From Glaucostegus cemiculus (taxonomy: Eukaryota), in the NCBI GenBank assembly GCA_976551045.1, contig CDPCPM010000292.1, positions 1 to 64,000 on the forward strand: DNA of 64,000 bases. Direction: 5' to 3'. The notes below the pieces were generated by a model, which made no database searches, was not told the DNA's origin, and saw only the letters and a program-made list of their open reading frames with translations. Below are positions 1 through 10,249 of the stretch, piece after piece (position 1 is the first letter of the stretch; each line of letters opens with the position of its first letter). Position numbers and translations under genes: made by a program.

Positions 1-190
1 TAGTTACTGTTGTAATGAAGGAAACTGAACATCAGTTTGCACAGAGCAAGATCCCACAAACAAATGTATAAAGGAACTGGAAAATGTTTTATTGTTGATC
101 ATAGATCAGGTTAGGTTGCCGTGTTATTTAAAACCGTGTCATTGGATATTTTACATTCACCTGAGACAGGCTTCCAATTCATATTTCTTA
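1..190 (-). mobile_element. Degenerate DeuSINE (SacSINE1-like) fragment
   Basis: Resembles recalled SacSINE1 reverse-strand consensus (actgttgtaatg.aggaaac...tttgc.cacagcaagatcccacaaac...gggatcttttac.tccacctgaga). Confidence 0.55.
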
Positions 191-324
191 AGAATGTTAA
201 ACATAGGAGTATAAATCAGTTGGTTGGTCCTTCGAGCCTGCTCTGCCATTCAATAGGATCATGTCTGACCTTCTTCCTCAGTCCCATTGTAAAAATAGTG
301 AAGTAAAGTGTGTTTGTGTATTAA

Positions 325-420
325 TAAGAGTAAAATCCAACAGTCTGGAAAATCCGTTAGTCCGGCACCACCAACGTCACAAGGATGCCAGATTAACAGT
401 GTTTTAACAGAGATTAACAG
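325..420. mobile_element. Possible 3' terminus of a Tigger/pogo-like DNA transposon
   Basis: ggaaaatccgttagtccggcacc...gatgccagattaacagtgtttta resembles pogo/Tigger terminal sequences; short and degenerate. Confidence 0.3.
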
Positions 421-1200
421 TAGTCACTTATTACTAGCTGTAGTCAGGCAAAATTCAAAACCAAAAAAACCTGCAGATTCAGGAAAAAGCATTAGTCACT
501 GAACTCTCCCAATCCAGTGCCGGGGGAGTGCTACAGGAATTTAAAACCACAATCTTCTGGTTCAAAAATTGGAAAACTGCAATTAAGTCATTGTTGACAC
601 GTGTACATTTTGATTTGTCCTAATACAGACATTTCCAATTTCTCCCACAAAGAATAGGAAACGATGGATCATCAAAACCACAAAAATATGACAATAACCT
701 GCCACAGGAAGTGTTCCAGATGGCAGGACTGTGATCTACAAAAGAATTCCTGCACTAATTTGTATTCGATGATGTAAATGAATTACCATTGGTGATTTAA
801 TATTAGGATGACATCATTTGCAGAACATGTACTAGAAAATACAACTAGGGAATGTGTGAAGGGGGTGGGAGGAAATAATTAGATGATCTGTTTAAACTAC
901 CCATTAAAACGTGTTTGCTTATTAATTTGTAGAAAAATTGAGTATATTTATTGATCATCTCTTGACTTCCTATCCCTCTCTTCCTATCGCTCAGTAGGAA
1001 CTTGAGCAGAGAGACGGGGAAAACAAGGAGAGAAATGAAAGACAGAAAAGGAAGAATCAAATGTAGAAGGTAGCAAAATCAAAGGTAAGGGGCAAATGAA
1101 AAGAGGGCTAGTGAAGTTAAAAAGACTAAAGGCATTGCATATTAGTTTACAAAGCATCTGCAATAAAGTAAGTGACTTAACAGTGTGACTAGATTGAAGC

Positions 1201-2470
1201 GGTTATCACGTAGAGAAGAAGGACTCATACTGCCGGCTGCTATTCATTGACTTCAGCTCCGCTTTCAATACCATCATCCCGCAATAGCTTATCAGGAAGT
1301 TGAGCGCTCTGGGCATCAACACTCCTCTCTGCAACTGGATACTGGACTTTCTAACTGGCAGGCCGCAGTCAGTCAAAATTGGTGAAAACACCTCAAGCAC
1401 CATCACACTGAGCACTGGCTCCCCTCAGGGTTGTGTGCTCAGTCCACTCCTGTTCACCTTGTTGACCCACGACTGTGAGGCCAGATTCAGCTCCAACCGC
1501 ATTGTTAAATTTGCTGATGACACGACAGTGGTGGGTCTTGTTATGAATGACGATGAGTCGGACTATAGAGAGGAGGTGAACCAACTAGCCGTGTGGTGCC
1601 ATGACATCAACCTCTCCTTGAATGTGGATAAGACCAAGGAGATGATAGTGGATTTCAGGAGGGGTCATCGTGTGCATGCTCCGCTGACCATCAACAGGTC
1701 TGCTGTGGAACAAGTACGCAGCACCAAGTTCCTGGGGGTGCACATCACCGACGACCTGACCTGGTCCACTAACATTACGGCCCTCACGAAGAAGGCTCAG
1801 AAACGCCTCTACTTCCTGCGGAGACTGAGGAAAGCGTACCCACACCCCTCAGTCATGCAATCCTTCTACAGGGGGACCATTGAGAGCATCCTAACTCAAT
1901 GTATCACTGTTTGGTTTGGAAGCTGCTCAGCTGCTGGGCGGAAGTCCCTCCAGAGGATAGTTAAGGCTGCGGAGTGGATCATAGGTGTCTTGCTCCCATC
2001 CCTCGCAGACATATACAAAGACCATTGTGTGAGGAAGACCAAAAGCATAATGGCCGACCCCTCTCACCCCTCCCACCACCTCTTCACAATTTTGCCATCA
2101 GGGAGGAGGCTTAAGTGTATCAGGGCAAGAACGTCCAGGCTGAACAATAGCTTCTTTCCGCAAGCCATCATAACTGCAAACTCTCTCATCCCTCCATCTT
2201 CCTTTGTTAACACTAGGAGATGCTAGGTGTACAGAAATGCACCAGCACTTTAAATGCCCGACACCAGCCCGTTCACTTTAAGATCTATTTATTTAAGAAC
2301 TAATGGGTAATGTTTTGTACTGTGTATTCTGCCAAGTGTGTATGTGTCTCTCTGTTGGTTGTTATGTTATTCTTTTTTTTTTATGAGACGAGCACCTGTG
2401 GCGGACGGTATCTCGCTCCTATGCGTACCATGTATGTATATGGTTGTGACAATAAAACTGATTCTGATTA
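1201..2470 (+). mobile_element. Rex1/Babar LINE, 5'-truncated, RT C-terminal half plus 3' UTR and (ctgatt)n tail
   Basis: ORF 1300-2226 has [47 protein letters not shown]; upstream LLFIDFSSAFNTIIP with one stop; ends gtgacaataaaactgattctgatt. Confidence 0.9.
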
Positions 2471-2755
2471 TTAGTCACATGTACATCGAAACACCTAGTA
2501 AAATGCATCTTTTTGCATAGAGTGTTTTGGGCAAAGCTCACAAGTGTCGCCACGCTTCTGGTGCCAACATAGCATGCCCACAACTTCCTAACCCGTACAT
2601 CTTTTGGAATGTGGGAGGAAACCGGAGCACCCGGAGGAAACCCACACAGACATGGGGAGAGCATACAAACTCCTTACAGACAGCGGCGGGAATTGAACCT
2701 GGGTTGCTGGCGCTGTAATAGCGTTACGCTAACCGCTACACTACCGTGCCTGCCC
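2468..2755 (-). mobile_element. tRNA-derived V-SINE, tail type A
   Basis: tRNA-like head (ggcacggtagtgtagcggttagc...ggttcaattcc), V-domain (gtgggtttcctccgggtgctccggtttcctcccac), tail ...gatgtacatgtgactaataa. Confidence 0.85.
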
Positions 2756-2856
2756 CTACACTACTATGCTATTGAGTACATGCTGAAGGTTAACCAAGAA
2801 TGGGCACTACACATTTAAGGATATTCAATAGTTAGGAAGGAAAGACAAAAAAAATA

Positions 2857-3120
2857 AATCAGAATCAGATTTATATGACACATGACATGAAATTTGTTGC
2901 TTTGCGGCAGCAGTACAGTGCAAGGCCGTGAGGACATAAAAATTACTAAAAATTACAAAGATAAATAAATAGTGCAAAAAAAGGAATAAGGAGGTAGTGG
3001 TCATGGGTTCATGGATCGTTCAGAAGTCTGATGGTGGAGGGGAAGAAGCTGTTCCTAAATCGCTGATTGTAGGTCTTCAGCCTCCTGAACCTCCTCCCCA
3101 TTGGTAGTAACGAGAGGATT
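2857..3120 (-). mobile_element. Rex1/Babar 3' end fragment
   Basis: (aatcag)n tail on +; minus strand encodes ...LLP.GRR.RRLKT.; same family as 6920-7205. Confidence 0.7.
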
Positions 3121-3639
3121 GTCTATGGGGCCCCAGATAATAGTGATGATGTAGGTACAACAGTAATCATGTGTGACTTTAGCCTACATATAGATTGGTG
3201 CAAACCAGATTAGTAATAGCAATTCTAAGACATGATGTTTCTCAGAACAATAGGTTGAGGAACCAACTGGAGGATGGGCTATCCTAAACTGGATAATGTG
3301 CAGTGAGAACAGGATAAATTCACAATCTTACTGTGTGGTTCCTGAGGGGAGAGCAACCATAGCAATAATATGATTCCTCATTGAAAGTTAAAGGGTCCAC
3401 ATCTGGGGTCACAGCCTCGGGATACAAGGTGAGATGAGGAGAAGTGAAATCAATGATCAGCAGTGAGCCCACTGAATGTAGGAGGAGCCCCCCCAAAGGG
3501 CCAATCAGCAGACTCCTGCTCCTGACTTCAGGTGATCAACCATGAAGTCTTCCGCCAGCAGCTCTCTCCACTCTCGGAGTGCAGCTACGGTTCTGACTCC
3601 CCTACGTCACCCCAGGAACCCTGCCACAGATGTGCAGGG

Positions 3640-5457
3640 AGCAGATGCCGTGGCTCAGCTGCAGGGAGGGGATGTTGCAAGGACGGGATATTGAGGTTCA
3701 GTTGCAGGGAGGGGATGCTTGTAGTTTAACTGTGGGGAGGGGGTGCTGTGGTTAGCTGCAGGGAGGGGATGCTGTGGGGAGGGGGGTGCTGTGGTTCAGC
3801 TGCAGGGAAGGAGATGTTGTGGCTCAGCTGCAGGGAGGGGATGTTGCAAGGAGGGGATGCTTGTGGTTCAATTGCAGGGAGGGAATGCTGTGGCTCAGCT
3901 ACAGGGAAGGAATGCTGCGGGAAGGAGATGTTGTGGTTCAGCTGCGGGGAGGGGATTCTGTTGCTCAGCTGCGGGGAGGGGATGCTGCAGGGAGGGGATG
4001 CTGTGGCTCAGCTGCAGGGAGGGGATGCTGTTGTTCAGCTGCGGGGAGGGGATGCTGTGGCTCAGCTGCAGGGAGGGGATGCTGTTGCTCAGCTGCGGGG
4101 AGGGGATGCTGCAGGGAGGGGATGCTGTGGGGAGGGGATGCTGTTGCTCAGCTGCGGGGAGGGGATGCTGCAGGGAGGGGATGCTGCGGGGAGGGGATGC
4201 TGTGGGGAGGGGATGCTGTGGGGAGGGGATGCTGTTGCTCAGCTGCGGGGAGGGAATGCTGTTGCTCAGCTGCAGGGAGGGGATGCTGCAGGGAGGGGAT
4301 GCTGCGGGGAGGGGATGCTGTGGGGAGGGGATGCTGTTGCTCAGCTGCAGGGAGGGGATGCTGCGGGGAGGGGATGCTGTTGCTCAGCTGCGGGGAGGGG
4401 ATGCTGTTGTTCAGCTGTGGGGAGGGGATGCTGTTGCTCAGCGGATGCTGCAGCTCAGCTGCGGGAAGGGGATGCTGCAGGGAGGGGACGCCGTTGCTCA
4501 GCTGCGGGGAGCAGACGCCGTTGCTCAGCTGCGGGGAGGGGATGCTGCAGGGAGGGGATGCTGTTGCTCAGCTGCAGGGAGGGGATGCTGTTGCTCAGCT
4601 GCGGGAAGGGGATGCTGCAGGGAGGGGATGCTGTTGCTCAGCTGCGGGAAGGGGATGCTGCAGGGAGGGGATGCTGTTGCTCAGCTGCGGGAAGGGGATG
4701 CTGCAGGGAGGGGATGCTGTTGCTCAGCTGCGGGAAGGGGATGCTGCAGGGAGGGGATGCTGTTGCTCAGCTGCGGGGAGGGGATGCTGCAGGGAGGGGA
4801 TGCTGTTGCTCAGCTGCGGGGAGGGGATGCTGCGGGGAGGGGATGCTGTTGCTCAGCTGTGGGGAGGGGATGCCGTTGCTCAGCGGATGCTGTTGCTCAG
4901 CTGCGGGGAGGGGATGCTGCGGGGAGGGGATGCTGCGGGGAGGGGATGCTGCAGGGAGGGGATGCTGTTGCTCAGCTGCGGGGAGGGGATGCTGAGGGGA
5001 GGAGATGCTGTTGCTCAGCTGTGGGGAGGGGATGCCGTTGCTCAGCGGATGCTGTTGCTCAGCTGCGGGGAGGGGATGCTGCAGGGAGGGGATGCTGTTG
5101 CTCAGCTGCGGGGAGGGGATGCTGCAGGGAGGAGATGCTGCAGGGAGGGGATGCTGTTGCTCAGCTGCGGGGAGGGGATGCTGTGGGGAGGGGATGCTGC
5201 GGGGAGGGGATGCTGAGGGGAGGAGATGCTGCGGGGAGGGGATGCTGAGGGGAGGAGATGCTGTTGCTCAGCTGCGGGGAGGGGATGCTGCGGGGAGGGG
5301 ATGCTGAGGGGAGGAGATGCTGTTGCTCAGCTGCGGGGAGGGGATGCTGCGGGGAGGGGATGCTGAGGGGAGGAGATGCTGTTGCTCAGCTGCGGGGAGG
5401 GGATGCTGAGGGGAGGAGATGCTGTTGCTCAGCTGCGGGGAGGGGATGCTGTTGCTG
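3640..5457 (+). repeat. G-rich compound minisatellite built from 16-nt (GCTGCGGGGAGGGGAT) and 11-nt (GCTGTTGCTCA) modules, forming 27- and 43-nt higher-order units
   Basis: Directly visible tandem array; more diverged at its left end (3640-3960) and homogeneous further right. Confidence 0.97.
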
Positions 5458-5459
5458 TC

Positions 5460-6060
5460 CAGCTGCCATGTCAACGACGCCCATGGGTAGCAAGGACACG
5501 CACACACACCCCAACCCCCAGGGGGTGCGCCTGCGCGTCAGCCCGCCCTCGCGGCGCCTGCGCAGTACTCCCCACCGCCTCCCAGGTGCCGCCCGCTCCC
5601 GGCTCCGTTTCCGGTTCCGCCAGTTGTCCGGGGTAACCGGCGGTGAGCGGCCGCCCGGCTGATTCCATCCCGCTCTCGCCCCTGATTCCAGGTGATGCCC
5701 CCGAGCTGAAGGCGAATGAGGTGGAGCGACGCAAGCCGGCCGAAGGTAGGAGGGAGGTGGGGAGGGCAGGCTGAAGGAGCGGGTCCCCCCCCCCCTGTCT
5801 GCGGTAAGGGGGAGGGCTGCACCCACCTGGTTGGTTGGGGGACGGGGGCTGCAGCGCCCCTGGCGGCCGGGAGGAGGAGCGGCAGGGACCTGCCACCCTG
5901 TCTGCGGAGGAAGGTGGTTGCCCCCTGGCTCTGGAGTGGGGCTGGAGCCCTCCGTGAGGTTGAGGGAGGGTTGTTCGCCCTGCCTGCAGAGAGGGCGATG
6001 GGACGCGGGGGACCGCCACACATTCAGTTCTTCCCAGCTTGGCTGTTGGACGTGCGGGTG
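5460..6060 (+). promoter_or_regulatory. RAB23: CpG-island promoter of RAB23 with NRF1-, GC-box-, ETS- and X-box-like motifs
   Basis: Only CpG-dense unique segment in the window; TGCGCCTGCGCG 5526-5537, GGCGCCTGCGCA 5553-5564, GCCCGCCC 5541-5548, TTCCGG/TTCCG 5609-5619, GTTGTCCGGGGTAAC 5623-5637. Confidence 0.8.
5600..5745 (+). other. RAB23: Probable non-coding exon 1 of RAB23 (TSS approximate; donor AAG|GTAGGA at 5746, alternative donor GCG|GTGAGC at 5643)
   Basis: Donor consensus sites inside the CpG island; the first coding exon is preceded by splice acceptors, so an upstream exon is required. Confidence 0.55.
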
Positions 6061-6249
6061 GACTGGGAAGGTAACTGCAGCGATATCTGGGTACCTTCAG
6101 CCTGTTGCTCTCTCTCTCTCTCTCTGTCTGCCTCCATCCGCCCTTCACCTACCGCACTCTCCCAGTTCCACCCCTGCTCCTCTTCCCTACGTGGCACAAG
6201 CTGCCGGTCGGCTTATACCCCTCCACGGTCCACTAGTCATCTTGGAGTC

Positions 6250-6545
6250 CTTTCTCGCCACTTTATACTGGCCACCTCGCCTCTCCGTCCTGATGCAGGG
6301 TTTTGACTCTAAACATCGACAGTTCCTTTCTGTCCTGTTCCCCCATTTCCCCTCCTTTGCTGTCCCCTCCTTTGCTGTCCCCTCCTTTGCTGTCCCCTCC
6401 TTTGCTGTCCCCTCCTTTGCTGTCCCCTCCTTTGCTGTCCCCTCCCCACTCCCTTTTCCCCCCACTGGACGCTGCTCGACCCGCTGAGTTCCTCCAGCAG
6501 ATTGTTTGTTGCTCCAGGTTCCAGCATCTGCACTCTTTTGTGTCT
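6250..6545 (+). mobile_element. Penelope-like element terminal repeat (pLTR) with degenerate hammerhead motif
   Basis: gtcctgatgcagggttttgactctaaacatcgac...gctgctcgacccgctgagttcctccagcagattgtttgttgctccaggttccagcatctgca, a common elasmobranch repeat. Confidence 0.65.
6349..6445 (+). repeat. Perfect tandem repeat (CCCCTCCTTTGCTGT) x6.5
   Basis: Directly visible 15-nt unit. Confidence 0.97.
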
Positions 6546-6812
6546 GCCTTCAGCCTGTGCTGTCCTTGGGAGAGTTACCAAGGTGACATTTTAGGGAGTG
6601 TGATAAGGAACCATTGGTTTGATTGAACTGGAGAATGAAGGCAGGTCCTTGAGGAAGAGTTATGTGGTTGACTGTTGTAGAAGTTATAATGGTATTGAGA
6701 GCTGACATCACCTTTGGGACATAGAATTAGGAAACAAGGTTTAGCATTTATTTAATAACTTGCACTCAATTATGTTGTAGCTAATGATGGCAAAAGGCTT
6801 ATTGGTCTGAAT

Positions 6813-6910
6813 CAGACACAAAATGTTGGAGGAACTCAGCAGATCTGAGTTCCTCCAGCTTTTTGTGTGTCGCTCCAGATTTCCAGCATCTGCCGAATCT
6901 TTTGTGTCTC
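6813..6910. mobile_element. Fold-back Penelope pLTR-derived fragment
   Basis: acacaaaatgttggaggaactcag-cagat-ctgagttcctccagctttttgtgtgt inverted repeat. Confidence 0.6.
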
Positions 6911-6919
6911 AATTGATCT

Positions 6920-7205
6920 GAATCAGAATCAGATTTCATATGACTGACTTATATGATGTGAAATTTGTTGTTTTGCAGCAACAGTACAGTGCAAAGACAT
7001 TATTATAAATCATTATAAATTACAAAAATAAATAGTGCAGAGAAAAAAGGAATAATAAGGCAGTGTTCATGGACCATTCAGAAATCAGATGGCGGAGGGG
7101 AAGAAGCTGTTTCTGAATCGTTGACCGTGGGACTTCCGGCTCCTTTACCACCTCCCCGATGGTAGTAACGAGAAGAGGGCATGTCCTGGCTACTGAAGAT
7201 CCTTA
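6920..7205 (-). mobile_element. Rex1/Babar 3' end fragment
   Basis: (aatcag)n tail; closely similar to 2857-3120. Confidence 0.7.
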
Positions 7206-8234
7206 GTGATCTGGTTTTGTAACTGTTGAACAGTCTGTCAGTCCTACCCACGTCATGCAGTGATTCTGATTTGCATATCATCATTCTTGCAGTTTTCCAT
7301 GTTCTTCCATAACACTGGGCGGAAACGCAAGTATAAAGGAATCATTCAGTGGAATGTAGAAACTTCTACTTTTGTGCAATTTACTTTGGGCTTCTTATAG
7401 AAATGGGATTACATTAGCATCTTAAATGACAGCAGATGAAACAATACTGAAAAGTGTGTGGTTTTACAGCAGCCAGCTGAATAACAGATTAGTGCCTGAC
7501 TGGAAGGTTTGGCTTCAACTATTCTCGCATTGTGATTATTTGTGAGTAAATGTTTCAAACTGTTTGGTTTGCTTGCTGTATTGTTAACAATTACAGAGAA
7601 TTTTAAATTAAAGTAGTAATGCTATACTTTTTATCAATGCCTGCATTGCAGGTTGTACATGTTCATTGAAGGCACAATCTATTGGTGCATTCAGCGTTGA
7701 AGTGGCAAGGAAAGAAAAGTCAAGAAGAGCCAAAAGTTTAGTGAAAGCATTGTGCCATTTCACAACTTGTTCTTCTAATTCTCCATTCCACCCAATCACA
7801 CATCAGCTGCATTATTGTTTCAAGCTTTTGTTACCCTTGGAACAATACATCTTAAAAACTGTACTCTGTTTGCTTTTGAATGGTTTTCAATTCATTTTCT
7901 CTGATCTTACTGTTCTGTTCACTTCTCATCCTGTGTCTCTCCTTCCCGTAATGGAATTAGTCATTCCACGTCTGGCTAGCTCTGGCATTGAATACTCTTG
8001 GCATCGTAATTGTTCATGAGTTGAGGTTTTTTTATACCTTACGCATGGTCTGTTTTCAAGAATGCAATTTTCTTTTTCCTGAAATTTGCCTGCTTATCTT
8101 TGGCTCTCTTTCCCTGCACCCACCCAACTCCCCAGCCACTGCTTCAGGAATATAATTTATGTTTCAGCCTCAGTTTCAGCTTGTATGAGCTGCAGCTAGT
8201 ACAGAAGTCTAACGCATATACTGCCAAACTAAAG

Positions 8235-8590
8235 GACAAGGAAGTTGCATTTATATAGTGCCAAGTTACATCTCCTAGAAGCATAAAAACACTGCATGTG
8301 TTGGAATTATTTTGAAGTGAGATGTTCCATTTGAATCAAAATCCACAAATAGGAGCAGGATGTATGAAATTTTATTCAGTTTTGGACTAAAGTTTGGCAT
8401 TTAATGCTTCACTTTGAACAGGGCCATGAGATCTTTGTCCAGCAGAACAAATAGAAAGAACCTTGGTTTAGTGCCATTAAGGATTGTGGCATCTCCAACA
8501 ATGTGATGGTGTTAGCTTGCATCACATCAAGTGCAGGAGGGGAGCTTTAATCCACAGGTCACTGATTCAGGAAGACTAAACCAGTTGCTT
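8235..8590 (-). mobile_element. Degenerate DeuSINE (SacSINE1-like)
   Basis: ttgcatttatatagtgcc tail, gggccatgagatctttgtcc, ggcatctccaacaatg match recalled Deu-domain SINE. Confidence 0.5.
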
Positions 8591-9819
8591 GCCACATTCC
8601 ATTGCCACTTTGTTACCAGTGAAATTCACTTCAGTAATCCAACTCTTCAAATCTTTCAGTAGATCCACTTCATTGTATTCATCCCACCATGACCTTTTAC
8701 TATTTCCTCTGCTCTAACCAAATTGCTGCTTGTATTTTCCTTTGCTGTGTCCTGTTCTATCCATCAGTGAACTTCTGTCCCTTGACATAATGTCCAAAAA
8801 TTACTTCACTCCTACACTTCCACTCTGCCTTAAAAAGCTTTTCCTGCATACTTTTCATTCAGTCACTGTGATCAAACTTTAAAGCTTTACGTGTTTGTCT
8901 TGCTGTGCTTAGTAACGTTGAACCTGGAAACCACTCCATGCATTTGAAACAAAATGCTTTTTCAAATATGTTAATGTACAGTTTGCCTGAAAGTCAGTTT
9001 AAAATGAATCACGTACAGCCCACTGGAATCATGAATGCAGCTGTCATTTAAAAAAAAATGCAGATGGAGCAACCCTCATTTTATACTTGCATGCTTTAGT
9101 GCAACTAACACATGAGGACATCACAGGCATCCGTGGCAATGCAAGCCGCAGGAGTGAAAACCACAGCATTTCTGTGATTTGGAACATCTGTATGGTCGAG
9201 TTCCACTGTACGTTTATATTGGTGTTGTTGATGATTCTGCAACAGAGTATGAAAAGGAATGTTACATCTCTTCAAGCACGTTTGCATATTTTCTTCGCTG
9301 ATTGGATCCTTTCAATATTGGTGGAGATACTGTCCTAAACTCTGGAATTCCCCATCTAAACTTTTCCAGCTTTTGTACAGCTTAAAGATACTTGTTTAAA
9401 ATTGCAAATTTTTCATCCAAATAGTTTTTTTGGTTTGGTGTCAAAGTTTGTTTTTCATTTGAAGTGCCATTTGGATGTTTTGCACAATTTTGGACACTAT
9501 ATTAAGTGAGTGGTTGTCTGGAATGTAAAGGATGACTTTAACTGTGGGGAATTTCAATGTCTAGATCTTGCCGTCTTTAATTTTAACTGATGAAGCTAAT
9601 GATCTCCATTTTTCTACAGCTGTTAGTGTAGCAAAACATCACAAAGCAGTTCACAGCAGCATCAAACAAAAAATTGATGTTGCACTGTGCATTGTCATAT
9701 TATGTCGGGTTATCGGAAGCTTATTATTAAGCATCTTAAAGGAGGAAAAAGAAGTAAAAATGTTAAAGGAGTGAACTTGAGAACTCAATGCCTTTGCAGT
9801 GAAAGGCACACTTGTAACT

Positions 9820-9997
9820 GCCGGCGACAATATAGCATGCCCACAACTTCCTAGCACGTACGTCTTTGGAATGTCGGAGAAAACCCACGCAGACGCGGGG
9901 AGAACATACAAACTACCTACAGACTGTGGCAGGAATTGAACCTGGGTCGCTGGCGCTGTAATAGCATCACACAAACCGCTCCACTACCATGTCTGCC
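9820..9997 (-). mobile_element. V-SINE, internally deleted
   Basis: tRNA-like head and partial V-domain. Confidence 0.75.
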
Positions 9998-10249
9998 ATA
10001 TATATCTTCAAAATGAATCATCCTTGCGACTCACTTCCCTACCTAGCTACTTATCTTCAAACTTGGATACATTCCACTGTCCTCGCACCTTGTCATTAAA
10101 GTTGACAGTAAAGTGATGGCCCAGTAAAACCCAACCCATCTGAGAGAGACCCCTTTATACCTATTCTTGTTTCCCATCCACTGAGCACTAATGTATCCAT
10201 ACTAATATACTACCTTCAATTCTAAGAACCCTCTTTTATGTAACAAGAA

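Larger units (their letters stand above)
1080..3390 (+). mobile_element. Old CR1 ORF2 endonuclease remnant split by younger insertions (pieces ~1080-1200, ~2760-2850, ~3120-3390)
   Basis: Degenerate LKAL....SI.NKV..L motif before 1200, continuing as W.L.I.GY...RK.RQ after 2760 and IMCDFSL.IDW near 3170. Confidence 0.55.

Noticed and set aside
3743-5307. Three long overlapping ORFs (501, 415 and 480 aa; Cys/Gly-rich, superficially keratin-associated or metallothionein-like)
   Set aside because: The 16- and 11-nt modules lack + strand stops and are not multiples of 3, so all frames cycle the same three peptides; this is a minisatellite artefact
3640-5457. CRISPR-like repeat/spacer array
   Set aside because: No unique spacers, vertebrate context, no cas genes
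1-5460. Exons of PRIM2, the expected upstream neighbour by synteny
   Set aside because: No recognisable PRIM2 peptide; the region is repeat-derived
5643-5691. Possible mini-intron GTGAGC...TTCCAG within exon 1
   Set aside because: Only 49 nt, below the usual vertebrate minimum
5386-6487. Several 160-225 aa ORFs on both strands over the CpG island
   Set aside because: Expected from high GC; low-complexity Pro/Gly/Arg; no recognisable domain
6187-6626. ORFs with (GTAKE)n, (LLSPP)n and (RRGQQ)n repeats
   Set aside because: Translations of the 15-nt tandem repeat
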